Source: Beijerinckiaceae bacterium
GTDB taxonomy: Bacteria; Pseudomonadota; Alphaproteobacteria; Rhizobiales; Beijerinckiaceae
Reading direction: 5' to 3'
Length of the DNA stretch: 53,164 nucleotides
NCBI GenBank assembly: GCA_947472615.1
Contig: CANJEY010000001.1
Coordinates: 1 to 53,164 of the forward strand
Position 1 is the first letter of the stretch, and each line of letters starts with the position of its first letter. The notes beneath the pieces are model-generated. The model was not told where the DNA came from. It saw nothing but the letters and a program-made list of their open reading frames with translations, and ran no database searches. Positions 1 through 9,206 of the stretch are shown one piece after another. A program made the position numbers and the translations under genes.

Positions 1-665
1 GGATTGCGTCCGATAATGGACGAATAATGATAACTGGCCGTTCCATTGAGTTCTCCGCGTTCAACCGCCATCGCTATCTCGCCGGTGCCCTTGTAACCAA
101 CAATCACCTTGAATTTGGATCCGACCACTTCGTTCAGGACCGAGGGGAAAACCACATTGCCCGAAGTCGGGCCACCGCCTCCGACGATGAAGTCGTGTTG
201 CATGACGTCGTCGATTGTCCTGAAAGGCGATGTCGCCCACGATAGAACGAGTCCGACCTCCGAGTTCATCGAACCGATCCACTCGAAACGCCGCGCGTCG
301 AAACGCGCATTGGTTGTGTCGAGCAGTCCTGCTGTCGCGGTGCCGCCTCCGACCGACCCGAAATAGGTGCCATCCTTCGGCGCAACTTCCCAGATGAAGT
401 TCGTGGCCCGCAAGGAACCGGCGCCCGGCATGTTCTGGATAATGAACCTAGGTTCGCCCGGGATATGGCGCCCCATGTATTCCGACAAAAGCCTTGAATA
501 GAGGTCATAGCCGTCGCCAGAGCCGGCCCCGACCACGATATTGATTGTCTTGCCTCGGAAATAATCGGTCGGTAAGGGCTGCGCCATCGTGGTGCCGGCA
601 GCAAATGCCAGACACGTTAGACCTGCGAGAATCTGGCCGAGCCATTTCGATGGATGCGTCCTCAC
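1..665 (-). CDS. TctC/Bug-family tripartite tricarboxylate transporter substrate-binding protein (partial, runs off window start)
   Basis: Not in the ORF track. Manual translation from GTG at 665 (GAGGG RBS upstream) gives a signal peptide, then YFRGKTINIVVGAGSGDGYDLYSRLL...IPGEP..IQNMPGAG...APKDGT...WIGS...GYKG...ERGE, the same motifs as the other TctC copies. Confidence 0.9.
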   Translation of the reverse strand, partial: MRTHPSKWLGQILAGLTCLAFAAGTTMAQPLPTDYFRGKTINIVVGAGSGDGYDLYSRLLSEYMGRHIPGEPRFIIQNMPGAGSLRATNFIWEVAPKDGTYFGSVGGGTATAGLLDTTNARFDARRFEWIGSMNSEVGLVLSWATSPFRTIDDVMQHDFIVGGGGPTSGNVVFPSVLNEVVGSKFKVIVGYKGTGEIAMAVERGELNGTASYHYSSIIGRN

Positions 666-752
666 TTGCCCCTCCCTCTATCTCGTCAGCCTCTGCTTTT
701 CGGGCTGATTGTTTATTATAGGAGCGCTGATCCTAAATGATTTGACAAGCCT

Positions 753-1817
753 TCAGATTACCCCACGCTGCCGCAACAGGGGCATGACCGCAGCATGGAA
801 AACCTCGAGCCCTTCGATGTAGTCTGCAAACAATAGCTGTATACAGTCGAGGCCGCCTTCGAGGGTGAGTTCTGCAATATAATTGGCGATGTCTTCAGGC
901 GTGCCGATTGTGATCCGTCCCGCGAAGGAAATGTCCTTCTCCATCTTGGCGATTCGGTTCAGCCCGGACTGTCGGCCTTTACGAACGTAATAGCCCGCGA
1001 TGTTGGCGATGGCCTCCCGATCGACGCCATCCTGCAGCAATTTCCATCTGCGTTCCGCCTCGGCCATCGTGTCCGCCATCACCGGCAGGATCGTGGTGGC
1101 AGTCTTGATCGGTCGGCCGAATTCGGCAGCCACATCCTTCATGCGCCGGCTGAGTTGCTTCGTGTGCTCCACCGTGACTCCGCCGAGGAAACAATAGTCT
1201 CCCTCGCGCGCCGTGAAGCGCAGGCCCTCATCCGATGTTCCAGCACAGACGATGAACGGATGAGGCTGGCGCACAGGGCGCGGCGACGAACGGCAATCGT
1301 TCAGATGAAACCATTCGCCATCGAACGTAACTGAGTCCTCGGTCCAGAGACGCTTGACGACTTTCAACCATTCTTCCGCATATCGATAGCGTTGTGCGGC
1401 ATAGTCGGGCGGAAGAATTCCCATCTGGTCGAATTCGTCCAGAAATGAGCCGGTGACGATATTGATTCCGAAGCGACCGCCGCTGATGTCGTCGATTGTC
1501 GCGGCCATCTTGGCTGCGACCGCGGGCGCGAACAGCACGGGCTGCATCGTGGCGATGAGGCGAATGCGGGACGTAACGGCGGCGAGCGCCGTCATCAGCG
1601 TGACGGACTCGAGCGTCGTATCCCAGAAGTGCGTCGTTCCGCCAAACCCACGCCATTTCGACATCGAAAAGATGAGGTCGAAGCCGAAGTTTTCCGCCAT
1701 GATGGCGATCTGGCGATTCATCTCGAAACTTGGCGCATATTGCGGCGCCGTCTTGGAGACCAGAAAGCCATTGTTGCCGATGGGCAGAAAGACGCCGAGT
1801 TCCAGTTTAGTCGACAT
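753..1817 (-). CDS. RutA-like luciferase-type (LLM) flavin-dependent monooxygenase
   Basis: LGVFLPIGNNG...PQYAPSFEMN...MSKWRGFGG..FWD..LES.TLM.ALAAVTSRI closely follows the RutA N-terminus. Start set at MSTKL (1817), 2 nt after the upstream stop. Confidence 0.9.
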   Translation of the reverse strand: MSTKLELGVFLPIGNNGFLVSKTAPQYAPSFEMNRQIAIMAENFGFDLIFSMSKWRGFGGTTHFWDTTLESVTLMTALAAVTSRIRLIATMQPVLFAPAVAAKMAATIDDISGGRFGINIVTGSFLDEFDQMGILPPDYAAQRYRYAEEWLKVVKRLWTEDSVTFDGEWFHLNDCRSSPRPVRQPHPFIVCAGTSDEGLRFTAREGDYCFLGGVTVEHTKQLSRRMKDVAAEFGRPIKTATTILPVMADTMAEAERRWKLLQDGVDREAIANIAGYYVRKGRQSGLNRIAKMEKDISFAGRITIGTPEDIANYIAELTLEGGLDCIQLLFADYIEGLEVFHAAVMPLLRQRGVI

Positions 1818-1819
1818 GG

Positions 1820-2503
1820 TCAGCTCCGATCGTGCGGCTTGTCCCATACAGATATAACGTCGCCGAGCCCGATGCGGCTGCTCTCGCCCATCACTTCCAT
1901 CGCGGCGTCGTGGTAGCGCCGGCGCGCGCCATCAATCGCCTCGACACAGAGCAGGGGGAAAAAGCCGAGCGTGCAGGCGTCGAGATAGCTCGCCAGAATG
2001 CAGCCATAGCTGGCGACGCCTGCCAGCACGACCGTCTCGACGCCTGCGCCGCGCAACAGGGTCGCGAGGCCGGTTTCGAAGTAAGCGCTCGTGCGCCATT
2101 TGGTTAGAGTTATTTCGCCTGCGCGGGGCGCGATCTGCGGGGGGATTTCTGACGCCCATGACGATGGAGACGCTGCGCGAAGACGGCCGGTGACGTCAGA
2201 TCCCATGTCGGCCAGACGCCGTAGAGAGGGCCCAGTGTCGCTGCCCGGAGCATGTCCGACGGTGACGAAATAGCGAGGAACATCATTGCGGCGCGCCGTC
2301 GCAAGCAGGCGCTCGATCGGCTGCAATACGCGCGCGGTGGACGCCGGCTCTCCAACTTTCGAGCCCAGAATGAAGCGATTCGTGACGTCGACAAGCACGA
2401 GCGCGGACTTTGTTTCCCGCAGCAGATCGACGGCCGGGAGCGTCGCCTGCCTGACGATTTTCTGAAGACGGTTCTGCGCGGCTGCGTGCTGGACGTCACT
2501 CAT
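1820..2503 (-). CDS. Isochorismatase-family cysteine hydrolase (RutB-like)
   Basis: Asp-Lys-Cys triad motifs LVLVDV, LTKWRTSAY and GVASYGCI; lies directly upstream of the RutA-like gene. Confidence 0.85.
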   Translation of the reverse strand: MSDVQHAAAQNRLQKIVRQATLPAVDLLRETKSALVLVDVTNRFILGSKVGEPASTARVLQPIERLLATARRNDVPRYFVTVGHAPGSDTGPSLRRLADMGSDVTGRLRAASPSSWASEIPPQIAPRAGEITLTKWRTSAYFETGLATLLRGAGVETVVLAGVASYGCILASYLDACTLGFFPLLCVEAIDGARRRYHDAAMEVMGESSRIGLGDVISVWDKPHDRS

Positions 2504-2515
2504 CAGGCGCACCCA

Positions 2516-3538
2516 TCATCGTCTTGGCGAAGCCGCGACACGAAACTGCTCGACTGTCGCGGTCGGCGTCGCGGCCTCCGAAATGGCGATATCCTGCAAT
2601 TCCCGGCCGCTCATGAAATTCGTGCCCATGGTGAGACTTTTCGCCTCCGCCAGATAGCCAGGGCTCCGGGCCATCGCAGTAAAAGCCGAGCGGAGGATCT
2701 CCACTCGATCCGCAGGCGTTTCCGGCGGGGCGATCAAGTAGAATCCGATTTCCTCCGACCGCGCCTGAAAGGTGATCACCGAGCGCGCCTGATCGGTCGG
2801 CGCGAGCTCGATGAGCGTCGGCGTGTCGGCGAGCTCGGGATCGCGCTTCAGGGTTGTCTGGAAGAGCGGGGTGATCTTGCGGCCCTGAACCCATTCGGGT
2901 TTGGTGACGACGAGGCTGACCCATGAATTCGCCCCGACGGCTTCGATCTCACCTCGCTCCAGCGCAAGGTTCATTCCGCCAGCCCCCTCGTAACCGCTGA
3001 TGAGCTTGAATTTCGCGCCGATCAGCGCATTCGCCAAGGCGGGATACATTTCCGATGACGTTCCCGGCGCAGTCATGCCGGTGAGAACCTCGCGCTTCTT
3101 TGCATCTTCAATCGAGCGGACGCCGGACGAACTCCACGAATAGACGATCCGCGTCGGCCGGTCGCCGCGGCCGAGCCAGTTGAATTTTTCCGCGCGGAAT
3201 TTCACCTCGTCGGGTGAGAGAAACTGATTGAGCAGGAGATTGTCCAACGAGAGGCCGATCGTCGTCCCGTCCTTGGGCGAGGCGTTATAAAGCAGGTTCG
3301 CGGCCCTGATCCCGGCGGCGCCTGGAACGTTCTGCAACACGATCGTCGGAGCGCCGGGGATGAACCCCGCAATATGCCGCCCGTAAAGGCGCGCAGTCAG
3401 ATCGTAGATCCCGCCAGCGGGCGATCCGATGAGAATAGTGAGCGTCTTGCCTTTGTAGAAATCGTCCGCTGTCGCGCCATGCGCGAGCGGAAATACCAAG
3501 AGGGAGGCCAGAGTCATCGACAACTTTGCTTTGCGCAT
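2516..3538 (-). CDS. TctC/Bug-family substrate-binding protein
   Basis: Signal peptide, FYKGKTLTILIG.PAGG.YD..AR, IPGAP..VLQNVPGAAG, PKDGT, ERGE; GGAG RBS. Confidence 0.9.
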   Translation of the reverse strand: MRKAKLSMTLASLLVFPLAHGATADDFYKGKTLTILIGSPAGGIYDLTARLYGRHIAGFIPGAPTIVLQNVPGAAGIRAANLLYNASPKDGTTIGLSLDNLLLNQFLSPDEVKFRAEKFNWLGRGDRPTRIVYSWSSSGVRSIEDAKKREVLTGMTAPGTSSEMYPALANALIGAKFKLISGYEGAGGMNLALERGEIEAVGANSWVSLVVTKPEWVQGRKITPLFQTTLKRDPELADTPTLIELAPTDQARSVITFQARSEEIGFYLIAPPETPADRVEILRSAFTAMARSPGYLAEAKSLTMGTNFMSGRELQDIAISEAATPTATVEQFRVAASPRR

Positions 3539-3640
3539 ATTCGACTCCTGTTCGCTTCCAATATCATGCCGCGTCGCGCGGACTGCCGCATGCCTTGACC
3601 CGAGCGTGTCAGGCCAGAGGACGCGCCTGCGGCGGTATTT

Positions 3641-4258
3641 TCATGCTGAAGCGCCCCGCAGCGCGCTGCAGATCTCCGAAGTCGACGCGATGCGCGCGAA
3701 GCGCTCCGCCAAAATGCTCAGCGTTACCTTTTCAACTTCCTCGCGGGTCACGAACCCCCAGCCCTGATCGGGGATCGGGCGGCAGAGACACGAGTCCAGA
3801 GCCAGGATCGAACGCAGATCGTGATTATGGGCGTCCCGGATCGTGGTTTCGACGCCCCCTGCGAGCGACAATCCACAGACGATCAGACAATCGCGATTCA
3901 GGTCGCGCAGCGTGCGCGCCAATTTGCTGCCGTGAAACGCCCCATACCGCGGCTTGCGAATAACGATGTCGCCCCGCCTCGGGCCGAGCGCGCCGGGAGG
4001 CTCACAGGCTGCCGATCCCCAGAGCACCTTGGCTCCATTGCGGGGCCCGATGTTTTCCCCCGGTCCCGGCGCGGCGAAAATGACAGGCGCGCCGCTGTCG
4101 CGCGCCGCGTCGAGCAAAGCGGCGATGTTGTGCAGCATCGCAGGAATTTGCGTGTCGTAGTTCTCCTTCGCCGGGTCGACGAAGCTGTTGACGACATCGT
4201 GGACGAGCACAACCGCCGTCTCACGAAGTTTGGATATATCGGCCAACGGCATGTTCAT
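3641..4258 (-). CDS. Isochorismatase-family hydrolase with Gly at the nucleophile position
   Basis: LVHDVVNSF, IRKPRYGAF and GLSLAGGVETTIRDA motifs. Confidence 0.85.
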   Translation of the reverse strand: MNMPLADISKLRETAVVLVHDVVNSFVDPAKENYDTQIPAMLHNIAALLDAARDSGAPVIFAAPGPGENIGPRNGAKVLWGSAACEPPGALGPRRGDIVIRKPRYGAFHGSKLARTLRDLNRDCLIVCGLSLAGGVETTIRDAHNHDLRSILALDSCLCRPIPDQGWGFVTREEVEKVTLSILAERFARIASTSEICSALRGASA

Positions 4259-4262
4259 CCGA

Positions 4263-5369
4263 TCAGGCAGGTGCGCCGAGTTCGGCCGATTCCCGCGGCA
4301 ACAGGCCCTTCTGGCGCAGCAGCGGCATCACCAGTTCATCGAAGCGTCGCAGGCCTTCCATGAAGTCCGGGAACACGAACATGACGCCATCCACATCACC
4401 GTCCACCACGAGCTCTTCCAGCATGTCTGCGACCTTCTGCGGGCCAGCCACGAACGGCAGGCCCCCATAGAAAATGCGCGTCGAAGTGTCCTCGAAGCGG
4501 TCTTTCAGAAGCGTGATCTGGTCGCCCGGCTTGGTCCCGGCGCGTTTGCTGTAGATGCTCTGGATCGCGGCTTCATCCGCGCCGTCCTGGTAGTGCTTCA
4601 ATATGCGTTGCGCATCCTCGTCGCTGTCGCCGAGGATCAGCGTGATCAGCGTATGCGTGCGCACCTGCTTGCCGTTTTCGGCCGCCACCTGCTTGATGCG
4701 CTTGCTGCGACCCTTCTTTGAGTCCAGCGTCGTGCCGCCAAAGAACCCGTCCGTGCAATGATCCGAAATGAACTTGAAGCCCCGTTCTGAAGAGGTGGCG
4801 CAGACGATAGGGATCGTTTTCTGGACGGGCTGCGGAAATGACTGGCAGTCGTCGAAAGTGAAATATTTTCCTTTGTGGCTGACGCTGGGCTCGGCCCAGA
4901 GGCGCTTCACAAGCGTAAGCCATTCTTCCGTGTAATCATACCGGAAGTCCTCGAAGTTATCAGGATACAGCCCCATCTGGGTGTATTCGCCCTTGTTGGC
5001 CGCGCTGACGATGTTGATGCCGAGCCGGCCGCCGCAAACGTCGTCCATGGTCGACGCCATCTTGGCGAAGACGCCGGGATGGATAAGAGCCGGCGCGACC
5101 GAGGCGATGAGGCGCAGGCGCGGCACAGCGGGCGCAAGTCCGCTCATCAGGATCATCGATTCGACCGAATATTTCCAGAATTCCACGTCGCCGCCGAAAC
5201 CCCGCCACTTACCCATCGAGAACGCGTAGTTGAACCCGATGCGCTCTGCGAGCTGCGCAATATCGCGGCAGTAATTGTAGCTCGGCAAGAACTGTGGCGA
5301 GTTCTTCGAAATGATCCAACCGTTGTTGGTTACGGGTAGAAACACGCCCAAATTCACATGCCGGGTCAT
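4263..5369 (-). CDS. Second RutA-like LLM flavin-dependent monooxygenase
   Basis: LGVFLPVTNNGWIISKNSPQFLPSY...MGKWRGFGGDVEFW...DCQSFPQP; ATG at 5369 has a GGAGG RBS. Confidence 0.9.
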   Translation of the reverse strand: MTRHVNLGVFLPVTNNGWIISKNSPQFLPSYNYCRDIAQLAERIGFNYAFSMGKWRGFGGDVEFWKYSVESMILMSGLAPAVPRLRLIASVAPALIHPGVFAKMASTMDDVCGGRLGINIVSAANKGEYTQMGLYPDNFEDFRYDYTEEWLTLVKRLWAEPSVSHKGKYFTFDDCQSFPQPVQKTIPIVCATSSERGFKFISDHCTDGFFGGTTLDSKKGRSKRIKQVAAENGKQVRTHTLITLILGDSDEDAQRILKHYQDGADEAAIQSIYSKRAGTKPGDQITLLKDRFEDTSTRIFYGGLPFVAGPQKVADMLEELVVDGDVDGVMFVFPDFMEGLRRFDELVMPLLRQKGLLPRESAELGAPA

Positions 5370-5390
5370 CGACTGGTCCTCCAATGCGTG

Positions 5391-6452
5391 TCAGTCGCCC
5401 TTGTAGACGATCATCTGCTGTAGACGCTCGATCACGGAGGCGGGCTGCGCCGCCACCTTGGCGATCCGGTCCTGAATATTCTGCCCATCGAGCGGGTATA
5501 GTTCGAGCCTGAGCGCTTCGGCTTCCGACATGAACTTCGGATCGCGAACGGCCGATCGGAACGCCGCGCGCAGCGCCTCGACTCGCTCGGCCGGCACTTT
5601 CGGTCCGAGCCCGTATGGGCGGCCGACGATCTGCTGCGTCAGAATGATCCGCCAGTAGTTCTCAACATCGCTGACCGTCATCCCCTTCGTGACATATTCC
5701 GGCTTGATGAAATCGAACACGAGCGGAACGTCCGGCATGGCCGCATGTTTGGCGAGCGACAATTGCGTCAGGATGCTCATCTTCGTACGCCAGTCCGGGA
5801 ACCGCTGCGCCATGCCCGAGAACGAATTTTCCTGACCGTTGATCTCGCCCCTCTCCAGCGCGATCTGGATCGCCTCGATCGACGAATAGCCGCGCACCAG
5901 CTTGAACTTCGTTCCAAGCGTGTTGTTGAGCAGCGTCGGATATTCCTCCGAATCCGTCAGCGGCGATGTGCTTCCGACGATGACTTCGGTGCGTCGCGCA
6001 TCGGCAATCGTCTTGACCGGGTGCGATCCGATCACCTGCATGACGCCGACTTCATTATTGAGGCTGCCGAGCCAATGGATTTGCACGGGATCGAAGCGGG
6101 CGCCCTTCTGTCCGAGGTATGGCGCAAAGGGCGCCGTGCGGTTCGGCGCCAGGATCACGGTTCCATCTTGCGCCGCCACATTGAACAGATGATTGGTGGC
6201 GATCACCGACCCCGCGCCCGGCATGTATTGCATGATCAATCGGGGATTGCCCGGAATATACCTGCCGATATGACGGGACAGCAGGCGCGCATAGACATCG
6301 TAAGCCCCGCCCGCCTCGCCACCGACGAGAAACGTCAGCGTCTTGCCCCGATAGAACTCCTCGACATCATCGGCTCTGCCGACTCCGCCCGACAACAACG
6401 CGCAAGCGCATAGCACCGCCGCGCAGAACACCTTCAGTCGATTCCGTAGCAT
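5391..6452 (-). CDS. TctC/Bug-family substrate-binding protein
   Basis: Signal peptide, FYRGKTLTFLVG.EAGGAYD.YAR, IPGNP...MPGAG, WLGS, ERGE. Confidence 0.9.
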   Translation of the reverse strand: MLRNRLKVFCAAVLCACALLSGGVGRADDVEEFYRGKTLTFLVGGEAGGAYDVYARLLSRHIGRYIPGNPRLIMQYMPGAGSVIATNHLFNVAAQDGTVILAPNRTAPFAPYLGQKGARFDPVQIHWLGSLNNEVGVMQVIGSHPVKTIADARRTEVIVGSTSPLTDSEEYPTLLNNTLGTKFKLVRGYSSIEAIQIALERGEINGQENSFSGMAQRFPDWRTKMSILTQLSLAKHAAMPDVPLVFDFIKPEYVTKGMTVSDVENYWRIILTQQIVGRPYGLGPKVPAERVEALRAAFRSAVRDPKFMSEAEALRLELYPLDGQNIQDRIAKVAAQPASVIERLQQMIVYKGD

Positions 6453-6663
6453 CCACTGCCCCCCGGACGCACTTTGGGTGAAGCATCTCCCAATTTCTCG
6501 GGCGGTGCAACTGGGTCTCTCACTGCTTTCAACCTATTCAGGGCGTGAAGTGCGACCGATTTTGAATGGAGCCAGGGTCTACGTCGAACCGCAACCAAGC
6601 CAACGCGAACGCGTCGTGTTGCTCAATTGCAAATCGTGCGTACGGCTCCCGTGACATCGGCAT

Positions 6664-6678
6664 TGGCCTGTTTGTTGC
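6664..6678 (+). promoter_or_regulatory. Sigma-54 (-24/-12) promoter candidate
   Basis: TGGCCT-GTTTG-TTGC with exact GG-N10-GC spacing, about 100 nt upstream of the CDS at 6781. Confidence 0.65.
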
Positions 6679-6780
6679 TCCTGACAAGGCCTCTAGAAGT
6701 GACGATGACTGCATCGCCGCGCAGTCCAAATAGGGGAACATTCCATCCCGTCTGCTCTCTACAAGCCACACGCTAAAGTC

Positions 6781-7482
6781 ATGACCGTCGTGACGCCTTC
6801 GGGTAACACCGTTGTCGAGCGAGCTACGATCGCTTTGCTGGCTGCGACGCCGGAGGTGACGCCGCATTTCTCGCGCTCGTCCGTTTTCGGGGTGAGCGAC
6901 CCGTTCCCGGATATGTATGACTGGGACTCGATGATCAGCGCTGTGCGATTGTTGGCGCATGCGCGACCCGATATCGTTATCTGGAACGGCTCAAAAGGCG
7001 GGTCTGTCGGACTCGATATGGAGACAGCGTTGGTGCGGCGCATGGGCGAGGAGGCTTGCTGCCCCGCCACAACGTCGCTTTTTGCAGCTTTCAAGGCGCT
7101 CAAACTGCTCGATGCCCGCACGCTGGGATTTATCACGCCATATTCGGACGCTTACCAGAAACGCGTCGAGACCAATTTTGCCACCTGGGGGTTTCCGACG
7201 GTCACAAGAGCCAATCTGGCGATCGCCGACAATCTCGCTTACGCCAGCGTCGAGCTCGCGACCATCATCGACATGGCGCGCGATGTCGCCCGCGCTCGTC
7301 CGGACGTCATTGTCGGCTGGTGCACGAATTTTCCCTCGGGCTTTCTGGCGGACGAAATCGAGGCGGAAACTGGCATACCCGTCGTGGACGCCACGACCGT
7401 CGTACTCTGGCAGGCACTCAGAATGTTGAGAATTGGCACGAAGGACATTCGGGACTGGGGTCGCATCTTCGCGCTCGACTGA
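6781..7482 (+). CDS. Maleate isomerase / arylmalonate decarboxylase / Asp-Glu racemase superfamily protein
   Basis: TPSGNTVVE, HFSR, IWNGSKG, GFITPY, WCTNF and IEAETGIPVVD motifs. Confidence 0.8.
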   Translation: MTVVTPSGNTVVERATIALLAATPEVTPHFSRSSVFGVSDPFPDMYDWDSMISAVRLLAHARPDIVIWNGSKGGSVGLDMETALVRRMGEEACCPATTSLFAAFKALKLLDARTLGFITPYSDAYQKRVETNFATWGFPTVTRANLAIADNLAYASVELATIIDMARDVARARPDVIVGWCTNFPSGFLADEIEAETGIPVVDATTVVLWQALRMLRIGTKDIRDWGRIFALD

Positions 7483-8403
7483 CTATGTCGCGGGAATCCA
7501 GTCGGGCAGTCCGTTCATCTTTCGCCACGCGTGCGCGATTTCGTCGCGGCGAGCGAACCAGACATCGCCCGATCTGGCCATGTGTCGCATCAGAGCCTTG
7601 AGCCCAACAATGCGGCCGGGTCGTCCAATGATGCGCAGGTGAAGTCCGACCGACATCATCCGCACCCCGTTTCGGCTTTCGTCCAGAAGTTCGTCGAACG
7701 CCCCGATGCAATAGTTCGAAAAGTCTTCCGGCTGCACGAAGCCGCCGCCGTAAAAGCGCATATCGTTCGTGTCGAACGCATAGGGGAGAACTACGTGTGG
7801 TTTGCCCTGTTCGTTCACCACGTAGGGAAGATCGTCGTTGTAGGCGTTCGAATCATACAGAAACCCGCCGTGTTCGATGAGTAACCGGCGTGTGTTCACC
7901 GAGGTTGCGGAACGAGTGTGCCAGCCGACGACGGGATAACCGGAGACCTGCGTCAGCGTGGTCGCACAATCCGAAATGATTTTGCGCTCTCTGGCCTCAT
8001 CCATGCCGGCGTGCGTTTCCCATCGCCACCCGTGAGAGGCGATTTCATGGCCGTCGCTGACGGCCTCCTGCGCCAGCCAGGGCGACAGCGCCACCGCCCG
8101 GCCGTTGCAGTTCATGGTGGCTGGCACGTTGAACGCGCGAAGCGTGCGACGGATGCGCGGCCAGCCGGCGCGGGTCCCATATTCGAAATGAGATTCCATG
8201 CAGAGGTCTGGTCCGCCCACGACCTGTTGAACGGCTTCATAGACGGACTCGTTGGTTTCATCGCCCATCGAGATGGCGAGTTCGGCGCCTTCTTCGACAT
8301 TCACCACCAACGATACGGCCAGCGTCGAGCCATTCGGCCAACGGCGAAACGGGGTCTGTCCGCCATGGCCACGAAAATCACGACGGGTCGGCAAGTCCGC
8401 CAT
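7483..8403 (-). CDS. PuuE-like allantoinase / polysaccharide deacetylase-fold hydrolase
   Basis: WPNG..LAVS.VVNVEEG, ESHFEYGTRAGWPRI, HGWRW, PYAFDTNDMRF and GLHLRIIGRPGR; retains the PuuE-type E/H/W triad motifs. Confidence 0.85.
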   Translation of the reverse strand: MADLPTRRDFRGHGGQTPFRRWPNGSTLAVSLVVNVEEGAELAISMGDETNESVYEAVQQVVGGPDLCMESHFEYGTRAGWPRIRRTLRAFNVPATMNCNGRAVALSPWLAQEAVSDGHEIASHGWRWETHAGMDEARERKIISDCATTLTQVSGYPVVGWHTRSATSVNTRRLLIEHGGFLYDSNAYNDDLPYVVNEQGKPHVVLPYAFDTNDMRFYGGGFVQPEDFSNYCIGAFDELLDESRNGVRMMSVGLHLRIIGRPGRIVGLKALMRHMARSGDVWFARRDEIAHAWRKMNGLPDWIPAT

Positions 8404-8405
8404 GA

Positions 8406-9206
8406 TCAGACCTCAGTGATACGGCGGAGCCCGACCGCACGCTCGATGATCAGCAGGAAGATCAACACCAATACGATCAGCAGCGACGAAATGGCGGCGA
8501 TCGTTGGATCGGGCCGCTCTTCGACATAGTTCAGCATCTGAATCGGGAGCGTCTTGGTGAAGGCGTTCGTGAAGAAGATGGAGACAGCATAATTGTCCAT
8601 CGAGGCGAGAAATGCGAAGATTGCCGATGTCAGACATGCCGGAGCCATATTCGGCGCCAGCACCCGGACGATTGCCTGCGTGGGCGAACAGCCGAGCGTG
8701 CGGGCTGCGTCTATCAGCGAAAAATCGAAAAGCGTGAGCGATGAATAAAGCGTTCGCACCGCGTAGGGGAGCGTGATCACGATATGGGCGAACAGCAGGC
8801 TGAGCCAGATATCGCGGCCGCCGACATAACGGAAGGCTTGCAGCAAAGCGATGCCGAGCACGAGCCCCGGCAGCATTAGAGGCGACGTCAGAAAGGCGGC
8901 GATCGCCTCGCGGCCCGCAAAGCGGCCACGGGCCAGTGCGATGGCCGCCAGGCCGCCCAGTCCCATCGACACCAGTGTGGAAGCGGCGGCGATCTCGACC
9001 GATGTACCGAGCGACGACGCGAGCCCGCGCAACGTCAACAGGCGTTCGTACCAGCGCATGGACCAGCCGGGCGGCGGCAGTGAGAAGATCGAACTTGAGC
9101 CGAAGGACACCAAAATCGTCACGACGAGCGGGGCCATCAGGAATACGCAGGCCGCGAAGGCGATGATCCACACCATTGCTGCAGTGATGCGCTCGGTGAC
9201 GGTCAT
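8406..9206 (-). CDS. ABC transporter permease (PotC-like)
   Basis: Hydrophobic; LPPPGWSMRWY; EAA-like loop DAARTLGCS; TGATG coupling to the upstream gene. Confidence 0.9.
   Translation of the reverse strand: MTVTERITAAMVWIIAFAACVFLMAPLVVTILVSFGSSSIFSLPPPGWSMRWYERLLTLRGLASSLGTSVEIAAASTLVSMGLGGLAAIALARGRFAGREAIAAFLTSPLMLPGLVLGIALLQAFRYVGGRDIWLSLLFAHIVITLPYAVRTLYSSLTLFDFSLIDAARTLGCSPTQAIVRVLAPNMAPACLTSAIFAFLASMDNYAVSIFFTNAFTKTLPIQMLNYVEERPDPTIAAISSLLIVLVLIFLLIIERAVGLRRITEV

Noticed and set aside
686-708. TCAGCC/GGCTGA hairpin between rutA-like and tctC
   Set aside because: Short stem with no U tract on the transcribed (minus) strand.
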